DNA of 64,000 nt from a virus (lineage: Duplodnaviria; Heunggongvirae; Uroviricota; Caudoviricetes), in IMG/VR virus record IMGVR_UViG_2706794662_000007; one strand, 5' to 3'. The notes below the pieces were generated by a model. The model ran no database searches. It saw only the letters and a list, made by a program, of their open reading frames with translations, and had not been told where the DNA came from. Of the stretch, positions 40,064 to 50,329 are shown piece after piece; position 1 is the first letter of the stretch, and every line of letters begins with the position of its first letter. The position numbers were made by a program, and so were the translations under genes.

Positions 40064-40714
40064 ATGGCTAACATTATCATTTCTAAAAAGTCCATCATTG
40101 AAGCTGCATCTATTGTATCCGACGAACTGCGCGAAAAAGCAGATCTGGCAACTCAAACATATAACGAACATTATAAAAATGGTACGCACACTAAAGCAGA
40201 CAAAGCAAATATGCAAGCTGCGACCACTAAACTTGCTTACTTCATCAACAACGTCGTAAACGCTGTAGAAGACGAAAAATTATGCTCTGTTTTCTACTAT
40301 GCGATTAAAGCAAGCAAACAAGCGCCAGAAGTATTTTTTCGTGACGCTATGACTAATAGTTATTCACTGGAAAAACTGGTTTATCTGGTTAAATCAATTA
40401 AAGCTGGAAAATGTGTTTATTCCGTCGCTGATATGTCTGGATCTCGTGTATTCGCTTTAATCGATATGATTAACGACGAGATCGACACGTTCACGAATGG
40501 CGCTGTTTTCGATTTAATGAATGAAGCCAAAAAAGCGTGTGAAATTAAATTGGACGCTGGCTATACTCAAGCTAACCAGCTAATCAATCTTTGCGAACGT
40601 CTCGGACTTGTTGAGAAAGTCAAAGGAATGGGAAGCGCCAAAGCTGGTACACAGCAATATCGCTTTATCAAGAATGATTTCTACAATTATCTAGCTGACG
40701 CTTTCAAAGCGTAA
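40064..40714 (+). CDS. hypothetical protein, 216 aa, AT-rich cargo gene
   Basis: ORF track; own promoter and downstream hairpin. Confidence 0.5.
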   Translation: MANIIISKKSIIEAASIVSDELREKADLATQTYNEHYKNGTHTKADKANMQAATTKLAYFINNVVNAVEDEKLCSVFYYAIKASKQAPEVFFRDAMTNSYSLEKLVYLVKSIKAGKCVYSVADMSGSRVFALIDMINDEIDTFTNGAVFDLMNEAKKACEIKLDAGYTQANQLINLCERLGLVEKVKGMGSAKAGTQQYRFIKNDFYNYLADAFKA

Positions 40715-40763
40715 TTAATGGAATCAAGCGCCCACTATGGGCGCTTTAAAGGAGCTTTAAAAA

Positions 40764-40967
40764 ATGGTCAGCTATGACAAGATCCGCGCGGAATATCGCG
40801 CAAAGTATCGCGCTTATAAACTAGAATTAATCAATGATTTAATCGCGCAACGCGACCAATTAAATTTTACGTTTTCTGATTTGCTTAACAGCAAACGAGA
40901 TTGCAAGCGTAAACGTGAATACTTACGTTTAAGCGCATTAATCGGAAAACTTCATAATTCTATTTAA
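40764..40967 (+). CDS. small hypothetical protein, 67 aa
   Basis: ORF with SD AAAGGAG upstream. Confidence 0.35.
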   Translation: MVSYDKIRAEYRAKYRAYKLELINDLIAQRDQLNFTFSDLLNSKRDCKRKREYLRLSALIGKLHNSI

Positions 40968-40987
40968 TTTTTTTAAGGAGCTTAATC

Positions 40988-41215
40988 ATGGTTATTTTCA
41001 TCTCTGGCGTAAATATCAATAATCATACTCTTGTTTATGATATTGCTGGTTTAGCTGGATATGCTCTAAGTTCTGAAGTGGTTGATGAAACAACGTTTAA
41101 AATAAACATCAATGACGTAGAACATAGAGCGCGCGCAGGAATCAATGAAGCAGATGTTACTTTAATGCTTCAAGAATTTTTAAACGCTGGTTTTAATATT
41201 CGCTTAGAAAAATAA
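40988..41215 (+). CDS. small hypothetical protein, 75 aa
   Basis: ORF with SD TAAGGAG upstream. Confidence 0.35.
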   Translation: MVIFISGVNINNHTLVYDIAGLAGYALSSEVVDETTFKININDVEHRARAGINEADVTLMLQEFLNAGFNIRLEK

Positions 41216-41223
41216 AAACAATA

Positions 41224-41246
41224 GCGCCCATAGTGGGCGCTTTTTT
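41224..41246 (+). terminator. rho-independent terminator
   Basis: GCGCCCA-TAG-TGGGCGC hairpin followed by TTTTTT. Confidence 0.65.
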
Positions 41247-41268
41247 CGTTTCCAATACTCCCACCATA

Positions 41269-41293
41269 ACGCGCCAATGATGGCGCGTTTTTT
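41269..41293 (+). terminator. second tandem terminator-like hairpin
   Basis: CGCGCCAATGATGGCGCG followed by TTTTTT. Confidence 0.55.
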
Positions 41294-41579
41294 ATTGTCT
41301 TTGACTCACTCCAACAACATAAAAATAAGCGCCAAAATAACGCCATAGACGCGCTTTTATATCCTTGCCAGTACATACCCATTACTTAACACATTAACGC
41401 GCTTAAAACGCGTTATATTGCGCTATAGCGCATAGTTAATCATTGGCTTTTAGTCTTGCTATGTGATCCGCGTTTATTTGTCGGCGCGGATCGGCATTTT
41501 GTTTTGTTCCGTATCCGCTCGCGTATTATGTGCGCGTGATTTTTCACATAATCACACCACTTAATCACGTATGCGATTA

Positions 41580-41843
41580 NNNNNNNNNNNNNNNNNNNNN
41601 NNNNNNNNNNNNNNNNNNNNNNNNNNNNNNNNNNNNNNNNNNNNNNNNNNNNNNNNNNNNNNNNNNNNNNNNNNNNNNNNNNNNNNNNNNNNNNNNNNNN
41701 NNNNNNNNNNNNNNNNNNNNNNNNNNNNNNNNNNNNNNNNNNNNNNNNNNNNNNNNNNNNNNNNNNNNNNNNNNNNNNNNNNNNNNNNNNNNNNNNNNNN
41801 NNNNNNNNNNNNNNNNNNNNNNNNNNNNNNNNNNNNNNNNNNN
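41580..41843. other. run of 264 N
   Basis: literal n characters. Confidence 1.
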
Positions 41844-42324
41844 ACACGCCATCAAGGATGTGGATGCGGTTGCTTGCGTATACATTCAGCATAAAGTTAG
41901 CGCAAAACAGTTTCCATGTATCAACGCCAGCGGTATACGTAATGTTTTTGCATTTAATTGCATTGTTGGCGATCCGCATCCCCTGCGATACTGCTTCATC
42001 GTCGGAAAATTTGAACGACGATTGAGTTTTAATCCAGACAGAAATCTGCGTAGCGAACTCAATCAGCTTGGACTGGCAGAATCGCCCGGAGCGCACCGGA
42101 AAGACGAACGTTCCGAATCCAGAATTTACCACATACGCTTTCTCAAATACCCGCGAGTAACGACGATTGCCAATGATGTCGCGTGCAATAATGCATTTTT
42201 CTTGTGCTGACAGTTCTACCGTCTCATTGTCGCGCCATGCACCAAGTACTCGTTTTTCAATGTCAGAGAACGTTACAGCGATATTGCCATGTGCGGGTGC
42301 GTTTACAGTAGCGATAAAATTCAT
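41844..42324 (-). CDS. hypothetical protein (N-terminal 160 aa visible, 3' part masked)
   Basis: ORF from ATG 42324 into N-run; family-1 motif 20 nt upstream. Confidence 0.45.
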
Positions 42325-42528
42325 GATTAATTCCTTATCGTAAATAACAAATTGTTTTCTTGTTGGCGTTAATTATCGTTGTACGAATAAGGCGTCAAAG
42401 TGGAAAGTTGCGGTAGCCGGACGGGAACAGGTGGGTTTGTCGGTTGCCTGGAGGTAAGAGGTTGGTGTTTTTAGCCTGCGGGAAACAGGATGGTCATTTA
42501 AGGCCACCAGCAGTGGTGGCCTTAATAA

Positions 42529-42672
42529 TTATCGACCGATTACGCTAAGGATCTTTTCCTCAACTGATTTGTTGTTGCGACTAAACTGCCTTGCGTATCT
42601 GATGACAGAAGAGGCGTTTTGCTTTCTGACTATCTCGGCTCTTTCCTTCAGGCGTTTCTTGAAATCGCCCAT
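42529..42672 (-). CDS. small basic ORF, 47 aa (below ORF-track threshold)
   Basis: own translation MGDFKKRLKERAEIVRKQNASSVIRYARQFSRNNKSVEEKILSVIGR; followed by hairpin at 42500-42523. Confidence 0.25.
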   Translation of the reverse strand: MGDFKKRLKERAEIVRKQNASSVIRYARQFSRNNKSVEEKILSVIGR

Positions 42673-42674
42673 AT

Positions 42675-43049
42675 TTACCACCAGGCGCAGAAGGTCAGTC
42701 TGTTATTGTGAAAGTCGTGGTTCTTAATCAGCTCTTCCACAAGTTTTTTCAACTCCCCCACGTCATGCCAGTACCCTTCATCGTACTCCTGACTGCCGAA
42801 GAAAAAACCTTCACAGGTAGGTAAGTACTCTTCGCAGTTACTTTCGTTCATGTGCATCAAATGAGCTTTCAGAGCACAAATGTCATTCATCGTTAATTCT
42901 AAAAGCTCACAATTTTTGACTTCACCTACGTTGCGTTCCATCCACCCAAAGAGAGCATTGAACTTACGGAAGTAAGCAACCTTCTTTCTGGATGCATCGT
43001 TATTCAGATCGTTTTTTGGTTGCGTCTCAATGTAGATATCAAGTCCCAT
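42675..43049 (-). CDS. hypothetical protein, 124 aa (Cys-containing)
   Basis: ORF track. Confidence 0.45.
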   Translation of the reverse strand: MGLDIYIETQPKNDLNNDASRKKVAYFRKFNALFGWMERNVGEVKNCELLELTMNDICALKAHLMHMNESNCEEYLPTCEGFFFGSQEYDEGYWHDVGELKKLVEELIKNHDFHNNRLTFCAWW

Positions 43050-43167
43050 GATGGTTTCCTTATCAAGTTGCTTTCAGTGAAAGCATTTTCACAAATCAGA
43101 TAAGGCAGAAAACAAATTGTTATCGGGCATAAGAAAATGGCGCGGTTTACGCGCCATTCAAAGAGGA

Positions 43168-43575
43168 TTAAGCGAATACGCTTTCAGGGATTAAGGTGTC
43201 AGCAGGAATGCCGGAGGTAATGCGCAGACCATACTGACCAATCCAGGTAGTGTTAGTGTTCAGACTGGAAGCGAATACGGTGTTAACCATATTCATCATG
43301 GTTTCAAACACCTCTTTATTCACCTTACGGAAGTAACTTTCAATTTTCAACAACAACGGGTCCGTTGCATCAAAAATGGACTGATATTGCGCCTCATATT
43401 CCCCGCCTGATGTATCTCCTTTACGCACAATAGTACTTGCCTGAACTTCAGTTCCAGTTTCGGTGTTGTACGTAACGACGGTGATTTTAGCTACATTCTT
43501 ACCTTCGGCGCTTTCTGAAGCATAGTAGACATCAACTGTCAGGTTTTCTCGTTTAACGCTCATATCACTCTCCAT
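43168..43575 (-). CDS. hypothetical protein, 135 aa
   Basis: ORF track. Confidence 0.45.
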   Translation of the reverse strand: MESDMSVKRENLTVDVYYASESAEGKNVAKITVVTYNTETGTEVQASTIVRKGDTSGGEYEAQYQSIFDATDPLLLKIESYFRKVNKEVFETMMNMVNTVFASSLNTNTTWIGQYGLRITSGIPADTLIPESVFA

Positions 43576-43627
43576 AGTGTCTTGGTTATTTTTCTATTTT
43601 ATAGACATAGGTATGTACTTACAATAC

Positions 43628-43652
43628 AAAAAACCCCGTAAGGATGGCGGGG
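43628..43652 (-). terminator. rho-independent terminator
   Basis: CCCCG...CGGGG hairpin with U-tract on minus strand. Confidence 0.6.
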
Positions 43653-43688
43653 CTGTCGTACTGTCGACTAATTACCACTTGCACATTA

Positions 43689-44000
43689 TCAGGCTATTGC
43701 CATCACTGATGCTCTCTGAATCTCTTGCTGGGCCACGCGGTTAACTTCCATCAAAGCCAGTTCGAGCTGATGTTCCGGCCACATTCTTTGAAATGCCATC
43801 CAGCCTTTTCCACGCTGGCGACGAACATTCATTACATAACGAGTAAAGGTGTTTTTATCGAAAGACACCGCTGTTTCACGGAACAGACGAATAGAGGTTC
43901 CATTGGCAACGATGTCCAGCAAAGTTAATTGAGCAACCAGTGCAGGCTTCTCTTTTCTCTTCTGGTCTTTGTCCAGACCAAGAACCAATGATTTTTTCAT
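43689..44000 (-). CDS. hypothetical protein, ~103 aa (start at ATG 44000)
   Basis: track ORF began at TTG inside family-1 motif; ATG 44000 more plausible. Confidence 0.4.
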   Translation of the reverse strand: MKKSLVLGLDKDQKRKEKPALVAQLTLLDIVANGTSIRLFRETAVSFDKNTFTRYVMNVRRQRGKGWMAFQRMWPEHQLELALMEVNRVAQQEIQRASVMAIA

Positions 44001-44154
44001 CACAACTCCGTAAACAACTTGTTTTCTCAATGGCGTAAATAATACCAGTAAGAAAACGGCTACAAAGCATATTGATCAGGCGCATGAGCGATATGCAGGT
44101 TCTTCCCTGCGGCTACAGATGAAGTTAAGCCAGCAATGCTGGCTTTGGTTGGGC

Positions 44155-44484
44155 TTACGCGAATATCGCAAGGAAGTCCTGAACGTCCCAATGCTGGACG
44201 AGGTGAAGATAGACCTTAGAAATCACGTCATTTTCGCTATCGCATGTGAAGTAGTACTTCTGGCTGCGGTTGTATGTGTCCACACAAAATTCGCTCATAT
44301 CCATAAAGTCAGCATCTTCACCCATGTCGCAAATCATCAAAGCAGGTGCGTCATCACGAGTCATCAGCTCCAGCACCCATCTTGAATTAATCAGAGTGGA
44401 AGACCAACCTTCCAGCTCATAAAACTGGTCAAACTCTTTTTGAGTCAATTTCTTAATTTGGTTGATGTCGATATTTGCAAACAT
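44155..44484 (-). CDS. hypothetical protein, ~109 aa (start at ATG 44484 with AAGGA SD)
   Basis: ORF track adjusted; family-1 motif 14 nt upstream. Confidence 0.4.
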   Translation of the reverse strand: MFANIDINQIKKLTQKEFDQFYELEGWSSTLINSRWVLELMTRDDAPALMICDMGEDADFMDMSEFCVDTYNRSQKYYFTCDSENDVISKVYLHLVQHWDVQDFLAIFA

Positions 44485-44622
44485 AAAGCAATCCTTAAAC
44501 ATGTTGTTTTCTGAATTACGTAAACAATACCAGTAAGAAAACGGCCACAAAGTATATCGTTACGGTGCTGCGCTGCCCCGAGGTTAATAGCGACAAAAGC
44601 CACCGTGCTGGTGGCCTCACTC

Positions 44623-44841
44623 TTAATCTTGGTCGTCCGGGAACTCGCTGTGTACCGCGCCCACCAGCTCCCGCTTTTCATCTTCACTCAGCAGGTGCCA
44701 GATATCCTTCCCTTTGGGCGATTCCCCTTCTGCCGGGACGAACGACCACAACTTGCGGTACAACTCCGGCCCCACTGCATCCAGACACTCAGCCAGGGAA
44801 TCCACGCCCCACACCTCAACCGTCACAGGCATCTTAATCAT
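44623..44841 (-). CDS. hypothetical protein, 72 aa
   Basis: ORF track. Confidence 0.35.
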   Translation of the reverse strand: MIKMPVTVEVWGVDSLAECLDAVGPELYRKLWSFVPAEGESPKGKDIWHLLSEDEKRELVGAVHSEFPDDQD

Positions 44842-45226
44842 CTCTTCATCCTCACTTCGTTTCTATAACGTCTAAATATGCTGTTTACTTGTTGGTGTTA
44901 TTATCGCAATAAGATAAAGGCGAAAAAGGATTTTATGTCGGGAAAGCCAGGCTGGGCAGTGAATATCCGGGAACGACACGAGAGCCAGTATTTACGATAT
45001 TCTGCTCTACGCGCGCCGCGGGGCTGGTGGGTAGAATAATCCTCTCCCCGAAAACCTACTGAAATCGATTGTGACCCGCTGGCTGTCTGGCACAATTACG
45101 CTGTATCTGGCATTCAGAGGGAATCCAGCGGTAAGCAAGTCAGCCTGCACGTGAGCGCCTCTCTTCTTCCCGCACATTACAGGTGGGTAGCTGCAACTCT
45201 CTCTCTCTCGCTATACCGGTACGCCG

Positions 45227-45362
45227 CCGTTCCAGAACCGGCATCGAGCCTTTTCCCGAAATCCACACAGGCAACTCGACCGTTTCCCTGAAAATCCCCA
45301 GCCGTTCCCCCGAAGGCAACCCAGCCGTTTCTGTAGCTGGATGCAACCTTTTCCCTGTATGG
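45227..45362. repeat. iteron-like array: six direct repeats of CCGTT(T)CC-type units at ~22-bp spacing
   Basis: copies near 45227, 45249, 45280, 45302, 45325, 45347 read directly; inside ORF-poor region. Confidence 0.5.
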
Positions 45363-46412
45363 ACCGAAGGCTGACCGTAGGGGGTGTTACGGGGGATAAA
45401 ATCAGGAGTTGAATAAATACGAAAAAGGAGGCGACCCCCCTCCTTCCCTCTCCACTTATACATACCTGGCTTCTTCGCTATACATGTTGTGTTTTATCTG
45501 TCTCAACCTCTCTATAGGCGTTAATGCTCACTCCTTCCAGAATGTTCTATACGGCGACTATTTCTGTTGGTGAATTGGGTGTGTTGTTTTCTCTGTCGGT
45601 GTATGTGGTTTCGTTAGTTTTGCGGTGGTTCTTCTATGGGGGTGTTCTCGTCGTTTTGGTGATTGTTCTTCTCCGTGTATGGAGTAATGGCAGGTGGGCG
45701 ATTGCTTTCGTTATTGTGTTTGAGTTGTTTGTCTGGAGTGTGTGAAGGCTTTTGTAGTTATTCGTGTATTGGGTAATGGCGTTTCCCGTGATTGTTATGT
45801 TTCGTGTCTTTTGGGATTGAGAGAAACCTTGCGGTTACAGGCTTCGTTAGGGTTTCAGCGGTTCAGGTGTTTCTTCGCTGTTTGGGTAATGGCGTGTCGT
45901 GGGTATCGCGCGTATGAATGTTTTCGGATTGCCTGTGAAAGTTAGGTTGGTTGTCCGGTAGCCTGGGGAGAAGAGGTGGGTCTTTTCGGTAGCCTGCCAT
46001 AAAGAGGTTGGTTGTTTTGGGTAATGGCATATGTGTTATTTGGTTGTTTTGTTATGCCTGAAAATAAGTTGTTTATATGGTTGTGTAACGCAACGGGAGC
46101 GATTTTGAGCGTGTGTTTTTGTTGGTAGTGTGTTGAGTCGTCTGTGGTGAAATTTGGACGCTGTGGCGCTATCTGCTGCGTAGAATTACGGGTATAAGAA
46201 GTGATGTGTGATAACGTCAATTTTTTAGACCAAATCGGGAGAAAGCGTTGATGTTTCGTTGATCTGTTATTTAGTTGTTTTCTTATTGGTATAAACAACC
46301 ATAACCTATTGATATTTAATGATGTGATTGCTGGTATGGGAGGGTAGTAGTGGCGATCAACGGGTTCTTATAGAAAAGAATCAAATTGTGACCGCCATTA
46401 TCAACGGTTTGA

Positions 46413-46598
46413 TTAGATGAGATGGTCTAATTCATCATCTATCATGGCTTTGACGCTGGAGTCGTTCACTCCATATTTATTTATGAGCTGTTTCAGCTCT
46501 GTCGAAAACTGAAGGTAGATATCGTGAGCGTTTTTCACTGTAGGTTCAACGCCACTCATTTCAAGCGCCTTTAGTAGATATGAGTCTTCTTTAAGCAT
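46413..46598 (-). CDS. small hypothetical protein, 61 aa
   Basis: ORF track. Confidence 0.3.
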   Translation of the reverse strand: MLKEDSYLLKALEMSGVEPTVKNAHDIYLQFSTELKQLINKYGVNDSSVKAMIDDELDHLI

Positions 46599-46634
46599 AA
46601 ATTCTCCGTTATCTAGTATGAAGCGATTGCCGGA

Positions 46635-46934
46635 TTACCATTGCCAGCACTCAAGCCCTTCAACGACCGGTGCGCCACAATCAAAATGTACAGAGTTAAA
46701 GCCTACATCAAGTACTTTCTGAATGTTCGCAATCGCACCCTCGGATATACCATATCGACGCAACTCATCTTTCCAGTCATCGTCCTGTAACCCGGCGTGG
46801 ACAATGCAACCGTACTCAATTTGTGAAACCCAATCCAGCTCATTGCTTGCGATCATGAATCGGCGAGCATCTTCCTCTGATGTATGAGATGAACTGATCA
46901 ATGCCACCTGGTAGGCTTGGGTAATGTTCAACAT
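46635..46934 (-). CDS. hypothetical protein, 99 aa
   Basis: ORF track; two family-1 motif copies upstream. Confidence 0.4.
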   Translation of the reverse strand: MLNITQAYQVALISSSHTSEEDARRFMIASNELDWVSQIEYGCIVHAGLQDDDWKDELRRYGISEGAIANIQKVLDVGFNSVHFDCGAPVVEGLECWQW

Positions 46935-46988
46935 TTCAACTACTCCAAAACAAGTTGTTTTCTTATGTGGCTTATTATCTCAATCAAC

Positions 46989-47011
46989 AAAAGGTAGAAA
47001 ACAAATTGTTT
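46989..47011. repeat. 23-bp element AAAAGGTAGAAAACAAATTGTTT, left copy of exact direct repeat flanking metG-apbC
   Basis: identical 23-mer at 50832-50854. Confidence 0.8.
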
Positions 47012-47047
47012 TAGGGCTTGTGTAAATCAGGAGGGATTGTGTCTATA

Positions 47048-47075
47048 TGAAAATGCCCGGCGTGTTGCCGGGCAT
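47048..47075 (-). terminator. metG rho-independent terminator
   Basis: GCCCGGC-GTGTT-GCCGGGC hairpin plus U-tract on minus strand. Confidence 0.6.
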
Positions 47076-47095
47076 TGCGAAGAGAGGTTGTTTAA

Positions 47096-49034
47096 TTACT
47101 TAACCTGGTGGCCAGGTTTAGCACCAGCATCCGGGCTTAACAGGAAGATATCTTTCCCGCCAGGACCGGCAGCCATCACCATGCCTTCAGAGATACCGAA
47201 GCGCATTTTACGTGGTGCCAGGTTAGCCACCATAATGGTGTGACGACCAATCAGTGCCTGTGGATCTGGATAAGCGGAACGGATGCCTGAGAAGACATTA
47301 CGCTTTTCACCACCGAGATCCAGCGTCAGGCGAAGCAGTTTGTCAGAACCTTCGACAAACTCCGCGTTTTCAATCAGCGCCACACGCAGGTCAACTTTGG
47401 CGAAGTCGTCAAAGGTGATGGTTTCCTGAATCGGTTCGTCAGCCAGTGGGCCAGTTACCGGTGCAGCTGTGGCTTTCACTTCTTCTTTGGATGCTTCCAC
47501 CAGTGCTTCCACCTGTTTCATATCGATACGGTTATACAGTGCCTTGAACGGATTCACTTTATGGCCCAGAAGCGGTTGCTGGATACCATCCCAGGTCAGT
47601 TCTGTATTCAGGAATGCTTCTGCACGTTCAGTCAGTTTCGGCAGTACCGGTTTCAGGTACGTCATCAGCACGCGGAACAGGTTAATGCCCATAGAGCAAA
47701 TCGCCTGCAGATCTGCATCGCGACCTTCCTGCTTCGCCACCACCCACGGAGCCTGTTCATCGACATAGCGATTAGCCAGGTCAGCCAATGCCATGATTTC
47801 ACGGATAGCTTTACCAAATTCGCGGCTTTCCCATGCTTCGCCAATCACTTCAGCGGCATCAGTAAAGGTTTTGTACAGTTGCGGGTCAGCCAGTTCGCTT
47901 GTCAGCACGCCGTCAAAACGCTTGTTGATAAAGCCTGCATTACGGGAGGCCAGGTTAACCACTTTGTTCACGATATCGGCATTCACGCGCTGAACGAAAT
48001 CTTCCAGGTTGAGATCGATATCATCAATGCGCGAAGAGAGTTTCGCAGTGTAGTAGTAACGCAGGCTGTCAGCGTCAAAATGATTCAGCCAGGTGCTGGC
48101 TTTAATAAAGGTGCCGCGAGACTTGGACATCTTCGCGCCGTTCACCGTCACATAGCCGTGAACAAACAGGTTGGTCGGCTTGCGGAAGTTGCTGCCTTCC
48201 AGCATGGCAGGCCAGAACAGACTGTGGAAGTAAACGATATCTTTGCCGATGAAGTGGTACAGCTCGGCGGTGGAGTCTTTCTTCCAGTATTCGTCGAAGC
48301 TTACGCTGTCGCCGCGCTTGTCGCACAGATTCTTGAAAGAACCCATGTAGCCAATCGGCGCGTCCAGCCAGACGTAGAAATATTTGCCCGGCGCGTTCGN
48401 NNNNNNNNNNNNNNNNNNNNNNNNNNNNNNNNNNNNNNNNNNNNNNNNNNNNNNNNNNNNNNNNNNNNNNNNNNNNNNNNNNNNNNNNNNNNNNNNNNNN
48501 NNNNNNNNNNNNNNNNNNNNNNNNNNNNNNNNNNNNNNNNNNNNNNNNNNNNNNNNNNNNNNNNNNNNNNNNNNNNNNNNNNNNNNNNNNNNNNNNNNNN
48601 NNNNNNNNNNNNNNNNNNNNNNNNNNNNNNNNNNNNNNNNNNNNNNNNNNNNNNNNNNNNNNNNNNNNNNNNNNNNNNNNNNNNNNNNNNNNNNNNNNNN
48701 NNNNNNNNNNNNNNNNNNNNNNNNNNNNCTCTTCGCTGTGCGTCGAGTGATAGTTGTCATAGCTGATGTTAAAGCCTGCGAAATCAGTCTGATGTTCCTG
48801 ACTCATTTCGCCAATCATCTGTTCCGGTGTGATACCAAGCTGCTGTGCTTTCAGCATGATTGGCGTACCGTGGGCATCGTCGGCACAGATGAAATTAACC
48901 TCGTGGCCGCGCATTCGCTGGTAACGAACCCAGACATCAGCCTGGATGTGCTCCAGCATATGGCCGAGGTGGATTGAGCCGTTAGCGTACGGCAGCGCGC
49001 ACGTCACCAGAATTTTCTTCGCGACTTGGGTCAT
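47096..49034 (-). CDS. metG: methionine--tRNA ligase (interrupted by N-run; frame differs on the two sides of the mask)
   Basis: N-terminus [29 protein letters not shown] and C-terminus ...[24 protein letters not shown] recognised as enterobacterial MetRS. Confidence 0.9.
48390..48728. other. run of 339 N inside metG
   Basis: literal n characters. Confidence 1.
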
Positions 49035-49191
49035 AGTAGGCATTACTTCTTTGTAGTGAAAAGGGGCTTGATAGTAACAAAATGGCCTTATGTCTGCCAT
49101 GTGATAACAGCATTTCTCATAAATGATTAAATGTCGTAGCTGGAGTACACTACAAGGCGACAATTGCGCAAATTAAAATAAAGGAGACGGG

Positions 49192-50292
49192 ATGAGCGAG
49201 TCCAAATCGCCGGATGCCCTGAGAGCAATGGTAGCCGGTACGCTGGCTAATTTTCAGCACCCAACCCTGAAACACAACTTGACTACGCTTAAAGCGTTAC
49301 ACCATGTTGCGTTGATGGATGACACACTGCATGTCGAACTAATCATGCCTTTCGTGTGGAATAAGCCTTTTGAAGACCTGAAAGAGCAATGTAGTGGTGA
49401 TCTGCTCCGTATCACTGGCGCAAAGGCTATTGACTGGAAGCTGTCGTACAACATTGCCACGCTTAAGCGCGTCAAAAACCAACCAGGCATTAATGGCGTT
49501 AAGAACATTATCGCCGTCAGCTCAGGCAAGGGCGGCGTGGGTAAATCCTCCACAGCAGTAAACTTGGCACTGGCTTTGGCTGCTGAAGGTGCGAAAGTTG
49601 GTATTTTGGATGCCGATATCTATGGTCCATCAATTCCAACCATGCTGGGCGCGGAAAACCAACGTCCAACCTCACCGGACGGTACTCACATGGCACCTAT
49701 CATGTCTCATGGCCTGGCAACCAACTCTATTGGTTATCTGGTCACCGATGACAATGCAATGGTGTGGCGTGGACCGATGGCGAGCAAGGCGCTGATGCAG
49801 ATGTTGCAGGAAACACTGTGGCCTGATCTGGACTATCTCGTTCTCGATATGCCACCGGGCACTGGTGATATTCAATTGACGCTGGCGCAGAACATTCCTG
49901 TAACTGGTGCGGTTGTGGTAACTACGCCGCAAGACATCGCGCTGATCGATGCGAAGAAAGGCATTGTGATGTTCGAAAAAGTCGAAGTGCCGGTACTGGG
50001 TATCGTTGAAAACATGAGTGTGCATATTTGCAGTAACTGCGGTCATCACGAGCCAATTTTTGGCACCGGTGGAGCACAGAAACTGGCCGAGAAATACAAC
50101 ACGCAGTTGTTAGGCCAAATGCCACTTCATATCTCTCTTCGTGAAGATCTGGATAACGGAACACCAACCGTTATTAGTCGTCCAGATAGCGAATTTACGG
50201 CTATTTATCGTGACCTCGCAGATCGCGTTGCTGCCCAAATGTATTGGCAAGGTGAAGTAATACCTGGCGAAATCGCATTCCGCGCAGTGTGA
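49192..50292 (+). CDS. apbC: iron-sulfur cluster carrier protein ApbC/Mrp
   Basis: 366 aa, Walker A SGKGGVGKS, CxxC near C-terminus; divergent from metG as in enterobacterial chromosomes. Confidence 0.9.
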   Translation: MSESKSPDALRAMVAGTLANFQHPTLKHNLTTLKALHHVALMDDTLHVELIMPFVWNKPFEDLKEQCSGDLLRITGAKAIDWKLSYNIATLKRVKNQPGINGVKNIIAVSSGKGGVGKSSTAVNLALALAAEGAKVGILDADIYGPSIPTMLGAENQRPTSPDGTHMAPIMSHGLATNSIGYLVTDDNAMVWRGPMASKALMQMLQETLWPDLDYLVLDMPPGTGDIQLTLAQNIPVTGAVVVTTPQDIALIDAKKGIVMFEKVEVPVLGIVENMSVHICSNCGHHEPIFGTGGAQKLAEKYNTQLLGQMPLHISLREDLDNGTPTVISRPDSEFTAIYRDLADRVAAQMYWQGEVIPGEIAFRAV

Positions 50293-50298
50293 TAAAAA

Positions 50299-50317
50299 GG
50301 CGGTGCATTGCACCGCC
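50299..50317. terminator. hairpin GGCGGTGCATTGCACCGCC; U-tract only on minus strand
   Basis: read directly; lies between apbC stop and UmuD'-like gene stop. Confidence 0.45.
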
Positions 50318-50329
50318 TAATCAGTTCTC

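Larger units (their letters stand above)
1..47030. mobile_element. siphovirus-type phage or phage-plasmid block (replication, partition, lysis, tail, head, packaging, accessory modules); left end beyond window, right boundary approximate
   Basis: contiguous minus-strand morphogenesis operon TerS-TerL-portal-scaffold-capsid-tail-TMP-M-L-K-I-J-fibre plus parA and helicase; no integrase seen in window. Confidence 0.6.

Noticed and set aside
41530-42210. ORFs spanning N-runs on the opposite strand (41530..42210, 41571..41894, 53466..54002, 53486..53896, 57304..57585, 50868..51221)
   Set aside because: Open frames created by runs of N translated as X; no evidence of real coding sequence.
45140-45945. 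ORFs 45140..45463, 45524..45745, 45742..45945 and 45942..46298
   Set aside because: They overlap the iteron-like repeats or the G+T-skewed tract and translate to low-complexity hydrophobic strings; no ribosome-binding sites.
45500-46410. Possible CRISPR array in the repeat-containing non-coding tract
   Set aside because: Repeats are degenerate and irregularly spaced, with no uniform repeat-spacer periodicity and no cas genes in the window.
47561-48766. 401-aa plus-strand ORF antisense to metG
   Set aside because: Lies wholly within metG on the opposite strand and spans the N-run; an artefact of the long open antisense frame.
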